A stretch of 48,897 nt of DNA, counting the filler, from Circinaria calcarea (lineage: Eukaryota): assembly GCA_051942165.1 (NCBI GenBank). It is 2 parts of 2 records of this genome, joined end to end, with 100 filler letters (N's around TTAATTAATTAA, not from the genome) between each part and the next. Parts side by side here need not be neighbours in the genome. Positions count along the whole stretch, not along the records: positions 24,535 to 48,897 come from JAVECS010000105.1; 1 more part is not named here. One strand, given 5' to 3'. Below the pieces are notes generated by a model. The model was given only the letters and a program-made list of their open reading frames with translations. It was not told where the DNA came from and searched no databases. Below are positions 48,690 through 48,897 of this stretch, piece by piece; position 1 is the first letter of the stretch, and each line of letters opens with the position of its first letter. The translations under genes were made by a program, and so were the position numbers.

Positions 48690-48897
48690 CTTTGAAACCT
48701 ATTAAAAAATATAATAAACCTCGATTAATAATATTATTATTACGGAGTCCTCCGGACATCCTATAAAATTAATAAAAATAAATTATTATAAAAACTTTAC
48801 CCGAAAACTTTTATAAATTTTAATATTCTTTTTCTTATTATAATATTAACGCCGTAATATATTTTAAGGCCCGAATAAAATTAAACCCGGAATAAAA
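48690..48897. repeat. Start of an AT-rich, RIP-degraded repeat or transposon relic
   Basis: Abrupt AT enrichment. In 48700-48897 I count one CpA and no TpG, with abundant TpA and CpG retained. Confidence 0.75.

Noticed and set aside
1..48897. TGA-CTA readthrough to a cryptic PTS1, TPP riboswitch, tRNA or rRNA genes
   Set aside because: None of the modelled stop codons has the TGA CTA context, and I saw no TPP core or tRNA/rRNA pattern; a covariance search was not possible.

Overview
Gene-dense window from a filamentous ascomycete (Pezizomycotina; short GT-AG introns with CTRAY branch sites, RIP-like AT-rich tail). It holds about 21 protein genes: SCS2/VAP (partial), a UBA-ZnF-UBX protein, RAD52, a large disordered hypothetical protein, an AVT2-like amino-acid transporter, a GPI-anchored aspartic protease, a mitochondrial hypothetical, cytosolic MetRS, an LTO1-like gene and MYG1 (partial). 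An artificial 100-nt scaffold linker follows. After it comes a minus-strand run: aromatic amino-acid decarboxylase, SLC18-like MFS, CorA-like, F-box, amidoligase, BMT-like, a second MFS, an SGNH-like protein and Mpv17/PMP22. Fasciclin and Prx5 genes close the window. Most notable: (1) a 256-bp element with CAC...GTG long TIRs and a perfect 5-bp TSD, the hallmarks of Transib/RAG-type transposons, beside a Tc1-like MITE; (2) degenerate repeats downstream of the hypothetical gene whose hairpins keep their pairing while changing sequence; (3) a decarboxylase with altered specificity residues next to a vesicular-amine-transporter-like MFS; (4) an apparently high share of AAG 3' splice sites. Gene models and family calls were made by eye, without database searches.
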